A DNA stretch of 64,000 nt from Eledone cirrhosa (Eukaryota): NCBI GenBank assembly GCA_964016885.1, contig OZ024753.1, forward strand, positions 33,790,001 to 33,854,000, in the 5' to 3' direction. The position numbers were made by a program, and so were the translations under genes. Position 1 is the first letter of the stretch, and each line of letters opens with the position of its first letter. Below the pieces are notes generated by a model. That model was not told the DNA's origin. It did not search any database and saw only the letters and a program-made list of their open reading frames with translations. Shown here in pieces: positions 39,331 through 56,503 of this stretch.

Positions 39331-39854
39331 TATCCGCTATAATACATTATTATACATTAAATATATTATACGGGTGATATTCATATAAGACTGGAGAAAC
39401 GTGAAAGCAATTGTTTTGTTCAAGGATTGAACTCACAGCCTTACGACCATGAATCAAACACTCTAAACATTGAGCCACTCATGGTATGGCTAATAAAATA
39501 CTCATGGTCTTTGAGATCTTATACAAGTAATTAATATTCAGTTAATTAAGACTTGAATATATATTCTTTTACTCTATAGACAAACTGAATATATAATATT
39601 TCACATAATTTCTGTTCGTTGTTATTGAGCCTCAAGCCACCATGATTTGAATTAGAGTTGTGAAAACGTCGGATAGAATGCTTTACATTATTCGTTCAGT
39701 TCTGTACTGAGTTCAAATCCCACTGAGATCAACTTTGCTTTTCATCCTTTCAAAGTCGATAAAATAAAGTCCTAGTCCAGTACTGTGGCCGACACATCCT
39801 CTATAACCCTTCCTCATGTTTTCTCATTTATTTTCTCACTCTCTCATTCAAGTG

Positions 39855-40010
39855 AAGGCGCATGGTTTAGTGGTTAGAGAATTGGGCTTGCAATCGAAAG
39901 GTTGTGTGATTAATTCTCGCACTGGGTGATGTGTTGTTTCCTTGAGCAAGACACTTTATTTCACGTTGCTCCAGTTTACTCAGATGGTGAAATTTAGATG
40001 ATAGGACTGG
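39855..40010 (+). mobile_element. SINE family 2, tRNA head + CORE-like region
   Basis: ggcgcatggtttagtggttaga (A box) ... ccttgagcaagacactttatttcacgttgctccag. Confidence 0.7.
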
Positions 40011-41273
40011 GGTCCCTATCATTAAATCACCCAAGACACTTCCAACGAGATATACCTTGGAGGAGGCCAGCTAAACCTGCATAGATGTGAGCTGTCACAC
40101 ACATACACACATTCAAGGAAAGAATTGGTTGCGTTCAGACCTGGGTTCCGCCAGGCTAAATATGCCCCAAACACGTCCTGTTATAACGGCGTCCCTACGA
40201 CTCCACCAGGTGTTACGGTTCCAGACACACATGCATCGTCATTGAGCTTTCCTATGGCCAAAGGTTTTCGAGGCCTGACCACTAATTTCATTTTATACAG
40301 GCATAATGCTACCAGACTTGATGTATCGAATACGTTTCGTTTTTAAGAGAGTTTTTGCTGCTATGTTTAGCATGCGAGTAGCTTTGTAGAGGTTCTATCA
40401 TTGTCTATTTTTATTTGTTTTTTGTGAGAATGGAGGATTGCGGTATTTGTTCTGGCTCTTTTTATTCTCGTTTCAAATCCCGACGAGGCCAGCTTTACCT
40501 TTCATCCTTCAAGGGGTCAACACATTTAATTTGACCATAATCGCAGATTGATCCAAGCCCTGTAAATCCCATTAGGTAGATGGAATCCGTTTAAAAACCC
40601 TCTGGATGATGTTCACCTCTAAGTTAAAGGACCAGTTTTGTCACACACTGAGTCCCCTGGATTCTATTCTTCATGAGAATCTGTGGAGTATCCAGCCCTT
40701 TACACGCTTTATTCAATACACCGGCAGTTAAATTGATCAAGCAACTGAATACTCATCGTCGAAACCGACAGGGATCCATTTATTTTACTTTTTTCTGTTA
40801 CTACAAATTTCAAATTTACAAACGAGCACAGCTGCCAGTTCTTTGTCAACACATGTTATTTGCTTTCTAATCTTTTCTTATTTGTAATCTTTTGGATATT
40901 ATATTTTTTAAGTATTTTTCTTAATATGAATGTAAATCTTAGCAGTATCAGTTATGCACGTATCTATATATCTATTAATAATTCGCATGAACATTGTTCC
41001 TGATTTTCCAAATCACACATTCAAGATTTGCTCTAAATACAATATTATATACGTTAGAATTGATACATCAATTAGGAATGAATTCTAATTCTGACGGTCT
41101 TTCATGATATCATCTGTATCTCGATTTGTTTACCATTTGTATGAGTTCTCATGCCTCATTCTATGAAACATTTGGTAGTATGAAATCTTACATGCAATCG
41201 GTTTTGGTATTTCAAATTACTAACATATTGTCATACTTTCTAGTGAATACAATCAGTAAATCTGTTCTATCAG

Positions 41274-41306
<33 letters not shown>

Positions 41307-41470
41307 AGGGATAACAAAATATCGTTATAGGTAATCCAATTAGAGGTTGTGAATACTTCTTATTATGGATAGTTTTAGCGTACGGCGTTGTTTGACTCAA
41401 CAAAAGGTTTGCGTAGGTGGCAAGTTTATGATTTCACTTGTATTCCTATGTAAGTTTATCTTGGAGTAAT

Positions 41471-41915
<445 letters not shown>

Positions 41916-41945
41916 ATATATATATATATGAGTGTGTTTATATAT

Positions 41946-42000
<55 letters not shown>

Positions 42001-42609
42001 GGGGGGTGTATGTGTGTGTGTGCTAGAAGATACCATATGTTCGAAGTTTTAAGGTAAATTAAAAATGTTATGTAGTTTTAAAATTAGAAACTTTCTGTCA
42101 AAATATAGAGTGCAAACACTTTCAACTATTCAACATACACAGAAAAATCATAAAAGATTATCTTTATGCAGCATTTTGGAGTGCTTGGTCTCCCCATCGG
42201 AAAATATATCCTACAATAAGTACGTAGAAATATTACCACAGCCACATTATATATGTCGTATAGAACTTAGAATGTAATTCAAATGATCGGTCTAATTTGC
42301 ATGACGTGCATACGCTTGGCAGTGCAATTAATTAAATAATAAATATTCATCTTAAAAGAAGACATATATTTGAAGATTTAAAGTAAACGTAGATATAGTT
42401 ATAGGCTTCGAAAGTAAAACTATGAGATTTAACACAGAACAAATACTACAACGTATGCTATTCTAAGTTGTCACGCCTCTGCTAATATGTGGTCTACGCT
42501 AGCTTCTTTTGCTCTTTTCTCCATCCTCCGTACATTTGTCTGTTACATCAATTTATGTCTGGAATTTGTTTACATACTTTGATAACGGAATATAAGTTGG
42601 TTTGTTTTG

Positions 42610-42611
<2 letters not shown>

Positions 42612-42681
<70 letters not shown>

Positions 42682-42993
42682 AGAAGAAGTTTATGAAACG
42701 GAAATATATGGTAGTAATTTATATTAGTTTCTCTCATATGTACATACATATAAACATATATACACATATATATATATACATACATACACAAATATATATA
42801 TGCATACACATATATATATACATACATGCATATATATATACATACATACATATATATATACATACATACACATACATACATATATATATATATATTATGG
42901 TCCACCTGGTTCCTTACCACATTTCCTTCGTTATATATATATACATGCATCCATATATATAGATAAATACATCACGTCAATATATATATATAT

Positions 42994-43036
<43 letters not shown>

Positions 43037-43115
43037 TATACATATACACATACATACATAAATACATATACACATACATATACACATATATACATACATA
43101 CATATATATATACAT

Positions 43116-43195
<80 letters not shown>
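42612..43195. repeat. TA/TACA microsatellite region with short inserts
   Basis: Direct inspection. Confidence 0.9.
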
Positions 43196-43201
<6 letters not shown>

Positions 43202-43861
43202 ATGGTATTTGCTGTTTTAAATTAGATGAGACATCCATCTACATTAGATAGATAGACTAAATTAGATAAGCCATCTGTCTATTTAAATTAGATTGCAATA
43301 TACTCTACGTTTCACCATTAACCTTCCCATCAATGATGGAGATAAATCTTTCTGTTTCAATATTTTAGATGTGTAATGATTTCATTTTCCAGGTGAAGTG
43401 TTATTTGTGATAACGATAATAATGTTCTGTCCTCTAGGTCATATAGATGTCGTCTATCTCCTGGCGTTTTGCTTTGCATCTTTTTTCAGTCATTTGTCCA
43501 ATACATTTATATTTTTATAGTGGTTGTTTCAGTTTTTCATTCCTCACATCTTTATATTTGATTAGTTTTCTCATTTCTTTTAGATGTATATTGTCATCTC
43601 TTGAGATCAATAGCTTGATTGGTACACACGTTTATTTTTTCTTTCTTTGTGGTCGTTGAAAATAATACGTTAGTGGTTTGCTTTAATATTCTTGTCTGTA
43701 TAAATTGTCGTTCTACATAGTATAGTTATTTTCTCATTATCTGAGGCATTTTCCTATCTATATTTCTGCCACACCTTTTCTGTGTGTATTTCATAGCGTT
43801 GATATACTTCCAAGTATTTAAAATCTGTAACCCTTGTGTGTTCATATTATTATCTCTTTTG

Positions 43862-44300
43862 CCAGCATAGTTACGTCCCTTTACGATCTGAGTTCAAATC
43901 CCGCCGAGGTTGACTTTGCCTTTCATCCTTACGGGGTCGATAAAATAAAGTACCAGTAATGCACTGGGTAAATTGCTGGCCTTGTGCCTAAAGTAGAAAC
44001 AATTATTATCTCTTTTGGGCGTTAAGACTGAGTTGGTAGAAACAATGAGGATTGTTGTATCATGGCAACTGCAAGGAGCCATATGAATCTTGTCTCCATT
44101 TAGGGCGGTGGGTTTGCAGTATCGGTAGAGCGTCGGAGGAAATGCTTTGCGATATTCAATTACAACTTTCTACGTTGTGAGTTCAAATTCCACCGATGTT
44201 AAATTTGCCTTTCATCCTTTCAAGAGGATAAAATCAAACTGGGGGTGATATAATCGACTTCTCCCTTCTCTCAAATTGCTGGCCTTGTGCCAATTTTAGA
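43862..44300 (+). mobile_element. Two family-1 SINEs (5'-truncated 43862-44001 with 16-bp TSD; older copy 44102-44300)
   Basis: TSD attattatctcttttg at 43846 and 44002. Confidence 0.85.
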
Positions 44301-45764
44301 GAGAATCCTGTCTCTATTGATAACACATACTCAACTTTTGTACACATAAAAAAACTGCCCTATACACCACCATTGTAGTTATGGGGTGAAACACGATTGA
44401 AACCTGCAAAGAAGTCACTATAGAATGTGAAGTCGTGTAGCTTAGTGGTTAGAGAATTGGATTCGCAATGGTGAGGCTGCTCTTGTGCCACCTATACCCC
44501 GGCCCACACTACTCCTTCGTTGTTCCTCCTATCTTCATCTATATTTTGTTTACCCCCCCCCCCCCTATGCCCCTTACGTCCCACTAAATACAATCCCTTC
44601 TGCCCAGAGTATGATCGTACTGGAATATCCTCTTTATTTATGTTTTTTATGTCTTTTGTTGTTGATTTACAGTTATTTACGAACATTAAGTATATCTACC
44701 TCACCCGTCTTAAAGTTTCCACGAGGATCCTGAGGAGAAGCAATTAGTCAGCGGTATGTATTAAGACATTATACACGGCAAGTCTAATGAAAACAAAATC
44801 TTTCCGGTCGATATTTCTTTAGAATTTCTTTGTAAAGTGTCTCTGAAAATGGATGAAGACCATCACCTTCCTCTAAAAATATGACAATTAGTTCTATTCA
44901 AGTGAAGAAATAAATTTGAATAATAGAAATTTTAGAATAATATACATCAAATTAATATTTTCACCGTTCTTGGATAGCCGTTAGCAATAATATTTATCAT
45001 TGCTTTGTCCTTGTCATTTTGGTGTCAATAACAAATAAAACATGTAGATATCGGCGATACATTTTTTATGAATGAGGTTCTTGTTATTCTCAAGAACATT
45101 AATCGTATCGGAGAAGTGAATTGATTTTAGCTGGAAAAATGAGAATCGGTATACAAAGTTAACGTAGCTTTAAATCTCAATAGAAAGTAACTCTTAACTC
45201 ATTTAGCGCCATTGCAATACGTGTAAACGTTACTATGGAGTAGTTCCTCGTTGTCTATTCAAATAGGATACAGTGTCACTTTAGAAATTCATTATTAGCA
45301 ATAGTAATTTCATGAAGCATTCAGCATGACACAATGACATAGCAATGCTACAGCTAGTCTTCAGAAGAGCGACAATAACAGTGATAACAACAACAGTAAC
45401 AACGGCGAGGTTATTCAAAAACACAACACTATTAGAAATAGGAAATAAACATCCATAAATATAATGATGTGAATGTGAAAAAAAAAGGTGGCGGGGGGGG
45501 GGGGGGACGTAAACATAAATATCACCATTTAGGTTGTAGCAGCAGTAACCACGACACCTAGAGCGAGAAACGTTAGCAGACATCTTGTACATTTGAATAG
45601 GAAATCGAAAGATCTTTATACACAAAGTAATGAAATTTGTGATTTGGTGGCGACAAGATGCCCTAGGTTTATACCAAGTAGAAAAGCAATTCAGTCGTCT
45701 TTTTCTTTGAGTTTGTCGAAGTGATACGTGAAAAGAATAGATTCTGAAGATATTAGCTACAAAG

Positions 45765-48063
<2,299 letters not shown>

Positions 48064-48277
48064 TGTGGAGTGTGTTTAAAGTACGATTATACTTAAAACG
48101 TTCAAATGTTACTGAATAAATTCTCAATGTGTATAAGTAGAGTGTAAAGTTTAGTTTATTTTCTGAAGAGAAAAATGATAGAAACTCAAAGTATTCAAGT
48201 AGAGACGCTACATTGATTTATTAAATGTGACTCTTTCAGGACTAGTTATGTTTACTTGAATTCAGTATCCTCTAAAC

Positions 48278-49008
48278 CAGCGTTTCTCAACCTTTTTACC
48301 CTTGTGGAACCCTTGAAATAGGTTCATGTCTCAGGGAACCCCTACATAAAAATTATTATATACCATTATTAATATCTATCTCGGTGGATTTGCAGTATTG
48401 GTAGAGGGTCGGACACCATGCTTTGTAGCATAGAGTTACCTCCCTTTATGATCTGAGTTCAAATCCCGCCGAGGTTAACTTTACCTTTCATCCTTACGGG
48501 GTCGATAAAATAAAGTACCAGTAATGCACTGGGTAATTTATGGCCTTGTGCCAAAAGTAGAAACAATTATTAATATCTATCTCTTATATTGACCTAGTTT
48601 TAAATAATTGTTTCTACTTTAGGCACAAGGCCAGCAATTACCCAGTGTATTACTGGTACTTTATTTTATCGACCCTGTAAGGATGAAAGGCAAAGTCAAC
48701 CTCGGCGGGATTTGAACTCAGATCGTAAAGGGACGTAACTATGCTGGAAAGCGTGGCGTCCGACTCTCTACCGATACTGCCAATCCACCGACCTAGTTTT
48801 ATATAATATAAGAGGTTGAAGCCTTTCTTAAAATAAACAAGGATTTTCCGACAATATGCCGTAAATGTATAATAAAATTACGAATATAAAATTAAACAAA
48901 AATTACTTTTTGAAACACATTAGTTTATTTATCACTGGTTCTTGTGGAACCCCTAGCGACCTCTTGCGGAATCCTAGGGTTCCGGGTAACACCGGTTGAG
49001 AAACGCTG
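48278..49008. mobile_element. hAT (Charlie-like) MITE carrying two nested, tail-to-tail SINEs (48383-48565 +, 48608-48790 -)
   Basis: Perfect 15-bp TIR cagcgtttctcaacc / ggttgagaaacgctg, 8-bp TSD ctctaaac; each SINE has its own TSD. Confidence 0.92.
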
Positions 49009-49548
49009 CTCTAAACTGTACTCTCTGTCTAATTTCTGATTGAAGTACACAGAACTTTGTAATAAAGTCCACACAGACAGAGAGGCAGGAAGGCAGATAG
49101 ATAGATGCATACATACGTTAATAGATAAATAAATGATCGACAGACAAACAGACAGATAGATAGATACATAGACACACACACAAACATACATACATACATA
49201 CATGTATACGTACATACACAGGAAGACCACACATACATACACACAAACATACATATATGCATATATACATACATACACAGGCAGATAGATAGATAAATAC
49301 ATACACACACATGGGTATGATATGGTCCCGTAACTCCTGTTAGAGTCGTAGGGGCGCCATATTGACATAGGGTATTTCTTGGGCATCTGTAAGCCTTTCG
49401 CAGCCCTTTCCAGGCCTGAGTACAGCAGATTTCTTCCGGGGAACGATAGAAAGAGAGAGAGAGGAAATGAGAAAGATATATAGAGGAAGAAACGACCCCA
49501 GTACTTACTGGTACTTTTTTAATCGACCTCGAAATGATGAAAGGCATA

Positions 49549-49755
49549 TGGCGGTGGATTGGCAGTATCGGTGGAGCGTCGGACAACATGCTTTATGGCA
49601 TAGAGTTACTGCCCTGAATTCAAAACCTTCTGGGGTTAGCCTTGCCTTTCATCCTTAAGGGGTCGAAAAATAAAGTACCAGTAATGCACTGGGGTCGATT
49701 TAATCGACTTCCCCTCCCCTCAAATTGTTGGCCTTGTACCGAAATCAGAAATCAT
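49549..49755 (+). mobile_element. Family-1 SINE
   Basis: ggcggtggattggcagtatcgg head and core. Confidence 0.85.
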
Positions 49756-50535
49756 TATATCTAAATACATTATAAATGTCTTCCTGGATGCATCTATTTA
49801 GATGTTTGGGAAGAAAAAAAGAGGGAATTATTAACAAATACATACGTCAGCCATGAATATTTTGCATAGAACATGACTCAAATACAAACAAGAGATAACC
49901 TTATGCCTTATATTCATTGTCAGCATATTCACATGGAATTTCAGACTTTCAGGTAACAAACAATTTCTTATATAAAGGATTAGAAATTTCTGAAAGCGGG
50001 TGTCGAAAACTTGGTCGATTCATGTGGTCCAGATCTTACACAACGGGAAGACAAACTTCCATTTATTAATATGGAGAAGTAACAGCCAAATATATATTTT
50101 CTGCTTTCTCATAAATCATTTGTGTATTCATGTGTTTCTATTTCTGTACGTGTATATTGTTGTGAGCGTTCGTCTGTCTGTGTACGTGCATGCGTCTGTG
50201 TGTATACACGTCTGTGTGCGTGTATTATACGTCTGTGTGAGTGTGTATGTGTTTATACGTTTACGTGAGTCTATTTTTCAATATAACCAAGTGAACGCCC
50301 ATATATGTCGGTGTGTATGTGTGTATATGTTATATGAGTTATACATGTGGAATCAAAAATATAGAGACACTGCTTGCAAACGTCACACTCACACAGAGGC
50401 ACAGACACCCTCCCATATATATACCCACACACACATACATTATATATATATATACATAACCTGTACACTTTTGCATGCTCAGACATCTTTCTATTTTTCT
50501 CTTTCCTCCTTTCTCTAACACTCTCCTTCCCTGAT

Positions 50536-50536
<1 letters not shown>

Positions 50537-50595
<59 letters not shown>

Positions 50596-50605
50596 TCTCT
50601 CTCTC

Positions 50606-50640
<35 letters not shown>
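50537..50640. repeat. (CT)n microsatellite
   Basis: Direct inspection. Confidence 0.95.
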
Positions 50641-51225
50641 ATTTATATAAAGTTGCTGTAGGCAGATTCAGTTCAAACTCAGATGCATAGCGACTGACTT
50701 TCATACTCTTCCATTTATTAGAAAACCAGTCAATTGTAATAGGGTTTATGCGTCGATAACGTAATATTTCAAACCAGATTATTGGAAAAGTCGCCGTGTC
50801 TCATAGTAAGTCATAGCACCATAAATGAATATGATCTTAACTGTCTACTTTTTGACTGATTATAAATCACCAGATTCCAAGCTATCATTTGAAGTGGACA
50901 AAAGTTTCTAGTGAAAACATGTTTGCTTTTATGGACGTCCGAATTTATCTTACGTTAAATATAAAGAATTAACTTTCTTTAGCAGTCAAGAAATGAAAAG
51001 CAAGCATACTTAATCATTTTCCCAATAAACATAGCTTCAGTATATAAGCCACTCTAAAGATAAGAATTTTTCATTTATTTTCTAAACAAAAGGCGTTCTG
51101 TTTACAGAATTGGTAAACTGAAAGTCAGATGACATCACCTCGTTGCGTTTAGTTTAGACCTTTCTAATATTGAAGTTCAAATATCACCAAAGTTAAGCTT
51201 ACCTTTCATTCTTGTAGCATTGCTT

Positions 51226-51410
51226 AAATAATTGTTTCTACTTTAGGCACAAGGCCAGCAATTACCCAGTGCATTACTGGTACTTTATTTTATCGACCCC
51301 GTAAGGATGAAAGGCAAAGTCAACCTCGGCGGGATTTGCACTCAGATCGTAAAGGGACGTAACTATGCTGGAAAGCATGGCGTCCGACTCTCTACCGATA
51401 CTGCCAATCC
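51226..51410 (-). mobile_element. Family-1 SINE
   Basis: Reverse complement of the array unit. Confidence 0.9.
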
Positions 51411-51809
51411 AGATTTTTATTTTAAATACAAGGCCAGAAATTTGGGGGAGAAGGAAAATCGATTGAGCTGTCACCAGCACTTGAGTGATACTTTATTTTA
51501 TTGACTCCCTAAAATATGAAAGGAAAAGTTGACCTCACAAAATAAGGAAAGGAGAAATTCCTATTACTTTTTGTAATATTATACTGTAATATTATAGGCT
51601 CATCTACATAAACTTGAAATATTGGATGTAAATGTTATGGACAGAAGGTAATATGTACTAATATGTGGAAGTAATTCAAATACATATAGGATATCATGGC
51701 TTTTATACTTTAATAATGGAAATGGAAGAATGATTAGCAATCTGTCCTATATGTCATATAATGTTGCGAGTAAGGACGTTTAACTAATGTTCCTGGTGGA
51801 ATGGATCTC

Positions 51810-52345
51810 CGTTAGTTTCGAGGACGAATACTTCAGTTGTTCCACCAATAGAACAGTCTGCTTGTGAAATTAACATGTAAATGGCTGAGTATTACACTGA
51901 CAAGTATACCCTTAACGTAATTCTCAAGGAGATTCACTATAACACGGCTGGCCCTTTGAATCGCACATATAGTCTATCTGATGGGTTTCCAAACAGTCTC
52001 CGTCTACCCTCTTTTACTAACAAGATCAAATTGGGACTATGGTAAATAACACGTACCCAAGGTGGTACGTAGTACAATCGAACCCGAGACCTCATGATTG
52101 CAAAATGAACTTCTTAAACATTCCACCCCGCTGTGTCAATATATTTTTATATGGTAGATATAATGGTTTCTAAATTAACACAAAGCCAGCAATTTTTGAG
52201 CGAGGGAAAGTCGATTATATCGACCCGAGTACATGACTGGTACTTAATTTTACCGACGGGATTTGACCTCGGAATGTAAAGAACTGCAACAAATACCGGT
52301 ACACATTTGTCCGACGCTCTAACGACTCCGCCAATCCGCCGCCCT
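51810..52345 (-). mobile_element. Cluster of degenerate SINEs (family 2, a third CORE-type family at ~51980-52133, family 1 at ~52165-52345)
   Basis: Motif matches to other copies; cagtctccgtctacc and tcgaacccgagacc (reverse B box). Confidence 0.6.
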
Positions 52346-53425
52346 TATGTGATGGATATAATATGAATCTTTTCGGATTTATGGGTTAATATATGTATGT
52401 AATATGATCCCTTGATCTTACACGAGAAATGAATAGTTCATATGGAAAAGAAGTGCAGGAATATGGTTGGTTTCAAAGATAAGAAATACTTCAACCATAA
52501 TCATTTTCCATAGAATAAAGTACCGCTGACATACGTGAGACCTTTACAAGTTCATTGCTAATGCATATTAATGCGCATGGATATTCTTCCGCCCAACAAA
52601 TAAGCTTTCATTCAACAACAAAAACTACACAATAACGTTAAGCTGACTTGTTTATCTGTCGCTTCTCTGCTGTTAGAATATATGTGATATAAACATCTCA
52701 GTTAAATAAATTTTACAGTCTATATATGCTACTGTACAACTCCACTCACTACCATTTTGACATTTCCTCTAAATACGTTTTATCCTTCATCTACAAAATC
52801 CTTCTGTCTCTCTCCCGCTGGTAAATTATATTTCTAAAGTGTAAAAGTTTGGCAATACGTAATAAATAATATAAATTATATAATGTATAGATTATTTGTC
52901 AAACGCGCTTAGAAATAAAATTTATTGAACAAGGTTTATTATAATAGTCGTTGTGAACGCTGACGTAAATATAATTTATATTGATCTCTAGTTTACATAA
53001 TTTATATGTTGTGTTCTTAGATTCATAATTTGTTAGATAGGGGAGTTGAGCAGAAGCCGTTCAGCCATCAATTCTACGCAAGTTTGTGGTGAAATAGAAA
53101 TACAGACACAGAAAGAATATATTTAAACATACACAATTTCTTAATAAAATCTTTCAGGTTGATCTTAAGATATAGAATCCATTAAACTTAAAAACTATTA
53201 GTGATTCAAAGTAGAGTTTTTAATGTAAAGGTTTTTATCAGAATCTTAATTCTCTCTAAAACAGTATTCTGATATTTAATCCATTTGGAAATTGTGAAAA
53301 GCAATCTATATTATGGAAATAATAATATATCATCAGCTCCATAACAGTTCTTTCTTGTCAATTTCGAAATACGAAAAGAAAGACGTTGCCAGCTCTTTTC
53401 CTTTTATTATTATTCTTACAGTACA

Positions 53426-53612
53426 GGGCAGTGGATTGGCAGTATCGGTAGAGGGTCAGACGCCATGCTTTGCCGCATAGAGTTACGGCCCTTGCCATTC
53501 TGAGTTCAAATCCCGCGGAGGTTAACTTTGCCTTTCATCCTTACGGGGTCGATAAAATAAAGTACCAGTAATACACTGGTTAATTGCTGGCCTTGTGCCA
53601 AAAGTAGAAACA
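53426..53612 (+). mobile_element. Family-1 SINE with 19-bp TSD
   Basis: TSD attattattcttacagtac at 53406 and 53613. Confidence 0.92.
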
Positions 53613-53902
53613 ATTATTATTCTTACAGTACGTAAGTAATTATGCATGTCAGCAAATAGTCTATAGCAACGTTGATTTCTTATGTAAATCGCAACCTTAT
53701 AATTAGATTTAATATTTATTACTACAAAATGTCAGATGACTGAAATCTAGACAATTAGATATCAGCTATTGATTGTTTTTTATGACTTCTGTGATAAAGG
53801 TTTATTTTTCTTTTCGACCTATAGAGAAATCGTTATTGGTATTCAACCGCGGATCAAATCTAAACGAGCAGAATACTGATGAAAGACAGTTGAACTAAGA
53901 TC

Positions 53903-56503
53903 ATTATTTAGAACAAGGGCGGTGGATTGGCAGCATCGGTAGAGGGTCGGACGCCATGCTTTCCAGCATAGTTACGTCCCTTTACGATCTGAGTTCAAAT
54001 CCCGCCGAGGTTGACTTTGCCTTTCATCCTTACGGGGTCGATAAAATAAAGTACCAGTAATGCACTGGGTATTTGCTGGCCTTGTGCCTAAATTAGAAAC
54101 AATTATTTAGAACAAGGGCGGTGGATTGGCAGTATCGGTAGAGGGTCGGACGCCATGCTTTCCAGCATAGTTACGTCCCTTTACGATCTGAGTTCAAATC
54201 CCGCCGAGGTTGACTTTGCCTTTCATCCTTACGGGGTCGATAAAATAAAGTACCAGTAATGCACTGGGTATTTGCTGGCCTTGTGCCTAAATTAGAAACA
54301 ATTATTTAGAATAAGGGCGGTGGATTGGCAGTATCGGTAGAGGGTTGGACGCCATGCTTTCCAGCATAGTTACGTCCCTTTACGATCTGAGTTCAAATCC
54401 CGTCGAGGTTGACTTTGCCTTTCATCCTTACGGGGTCGATAAAATAAAGTACCAGTAATGCACTGGGTATTTGCTGGCCTTGTGCCTAAATTAGAAACAA
54501 TTATTTAGAATAAGGGCGGTGGATTGGCAGTATCGGTAGAGGGTTGGACGCCATGCTTTCCAGCATAGTTACGTCCCTTTACGATCTGAGTACAAATCCC
54601 GCCGAGGTTGACTTTGCCTTTCATCCTTACGGGGTCGATAAAATAAAGTACCAGTAATGCACTGGGTATTTGCTGGCCTTGTGCCTAAATTAGAAACAAT
54701 TATTTAGAATAAGGGCGGTGGATTGGCAGTATCGGTAGAGGGTTGGACGCCATGCTTTCCAGCATAGTTACGTCCCTTTACGATCTGAGTTCAAATCCCG
54801 TCGAGGTTGACTTTGCCTTTCATCCTTACGGGGTCGATAAAATAAAGTACCAGTAATGCACTGGGTATTTGCTGGCCTTGTGCCTAAATTAGAAACAATT
54901 ATTTAGAATAAGGGCGGTGGATTGGCAGTATCGGTAGAGGGTTGGACGCCATGCTTTCCAGCATAGTTACGTCCCTTTACGATCTGAGTACAAATCCCGC
55001 CGAGGTTGACTTTGCCTTTCATCCTTACGGGGTCGATAAAATAAAGTACCAGTAATGCACTGGGTATTTGCTGGCCTTGTGCCTAAATTAGAAACAATTA
55101 TTTAGAATAAGGGCGGTGGATTGGCAGTATCGGTAGAGGGTTGGACGCCATGCTTTCCAGCATAGTTACGTCCCTTTACGATCTGAGTTCAAATCCCGTC
55201 GAGGTTGACTTTGCCTTTCATCCTTACGGGGTCGATAAAATAAAGTACCAGTAATGCACTGGGTATTTGCTGGCCTTGTGCCTAAATTAGAAACAATTAT
55301 TTAGAATAAGGGCGGTGGATTGGCAGTATCGGTAGAGGGTTGGACGCCATGCTTTCCAGCATAGTTACGTCCCTTTACGATCTGAGTACAAATCCCGCCG
55401 AGGTTGACTTTGCCTTTCATCCTTACGGGGTCGATAAAATAAAGTACCAGTAATGCACTGGGTATTTGCTGGCCTTGTGCCTAAATTAGAAACAATTATT
55501 TAGAATAAGGGCGGTGGATTGGCAGTATCGGTAGAGGGTTGGACGCCATGCTTTCCAGCATAGTTACGTCCCTTTACGATCTGAGTTCAAATCCCGTCGA
55601 GGTTGACTTTGCCTTTCATCCTTACGGGGTCGATAAAATAAAGTACCAGTAATGCACTGGGTATTTGCTGGCCTTGTGCCTAAATTAGAAACAATTATTT
55701 AGAATAAGGGCGGTGGATTGGCAGTATCGGTAGAGGGTTGGACGCCATGCTTTCCAGCATAGTTACGTCCCTTTACGATCTGAGTACAAATCCCGCCGAG
55801 GTTGACTTTGCCTTTCATCCTTACGGGGTCGATAAAATAAAGTACCAGTAATGCACTGGGTATTTGCTGGCCTTGTGCCTAAATTAGAAACAATTATTTA
55901 GAATAAGGGCGGTGGATTGGCAGTATCGGTAGAGGGTTGGACGCCATGCTTTCCAGCATAGTTACGTCCCTTTACGATCTGAGTACAAATCCCGCCGAGG
56001 TTGACTTTGCCTTTCATCCTTACGGGGTCGATAAAATAAAGTACCAGTAATGCACTGGGTATTTGCTGGCCTTGTGCCTAAATTAGAAACAATTATTTAG
56101 AACAAGGGCGGTGGATTGGCAGTATCGGTAGAGGGTTGGACGCCATGCTTTCCAGCATAGTTACGTCCCTTTACGATCTGAGTTCAAATCCCGCCGAGGT
56201 TGACTTTGCCTTTCATCCTTACGGGGTCGATAAAATAAAGTACCAGTAATGCACTGGGTATTTGCTGGCCTTGTGCCTAAATTAGAAACAATTATTTAGA
56301 ACAAGGGCGGTGGATTGGCAGTATCGGTAGAGGGTCGGACGCCATGCTTTCCAGCATAGTTACATCCCTTTACGATCTGAGTTCAAATCCCGCCGAGGTT
56401 GACTTTGCCTTTCATCCTTACGGGGTCGATAAAATAAAGTACCAGTAATGCACTGGGTAATTGCTGGCCTTGTGCCTAAAAGTAGAAACAATTATTTAGA
56501 ACA
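53903..56503 (+). repeat. Tandem array of 13 x 199-bp units (family-1 SINE + target-site sequence)
   Basis: Unit starts at 53917, 54116, 54315 ... 56305; bounded by attatttagaaca at 53903 and 56491. Confidence 0.97.

Noticed and set aside
53903-56503. CRISPR array or tRNA gene cluster
   Set aside because: No unique spacers; the units are whole SINEs also found dispersed with TSDs; the head has A/B boxes but no convincing cloverleaf.
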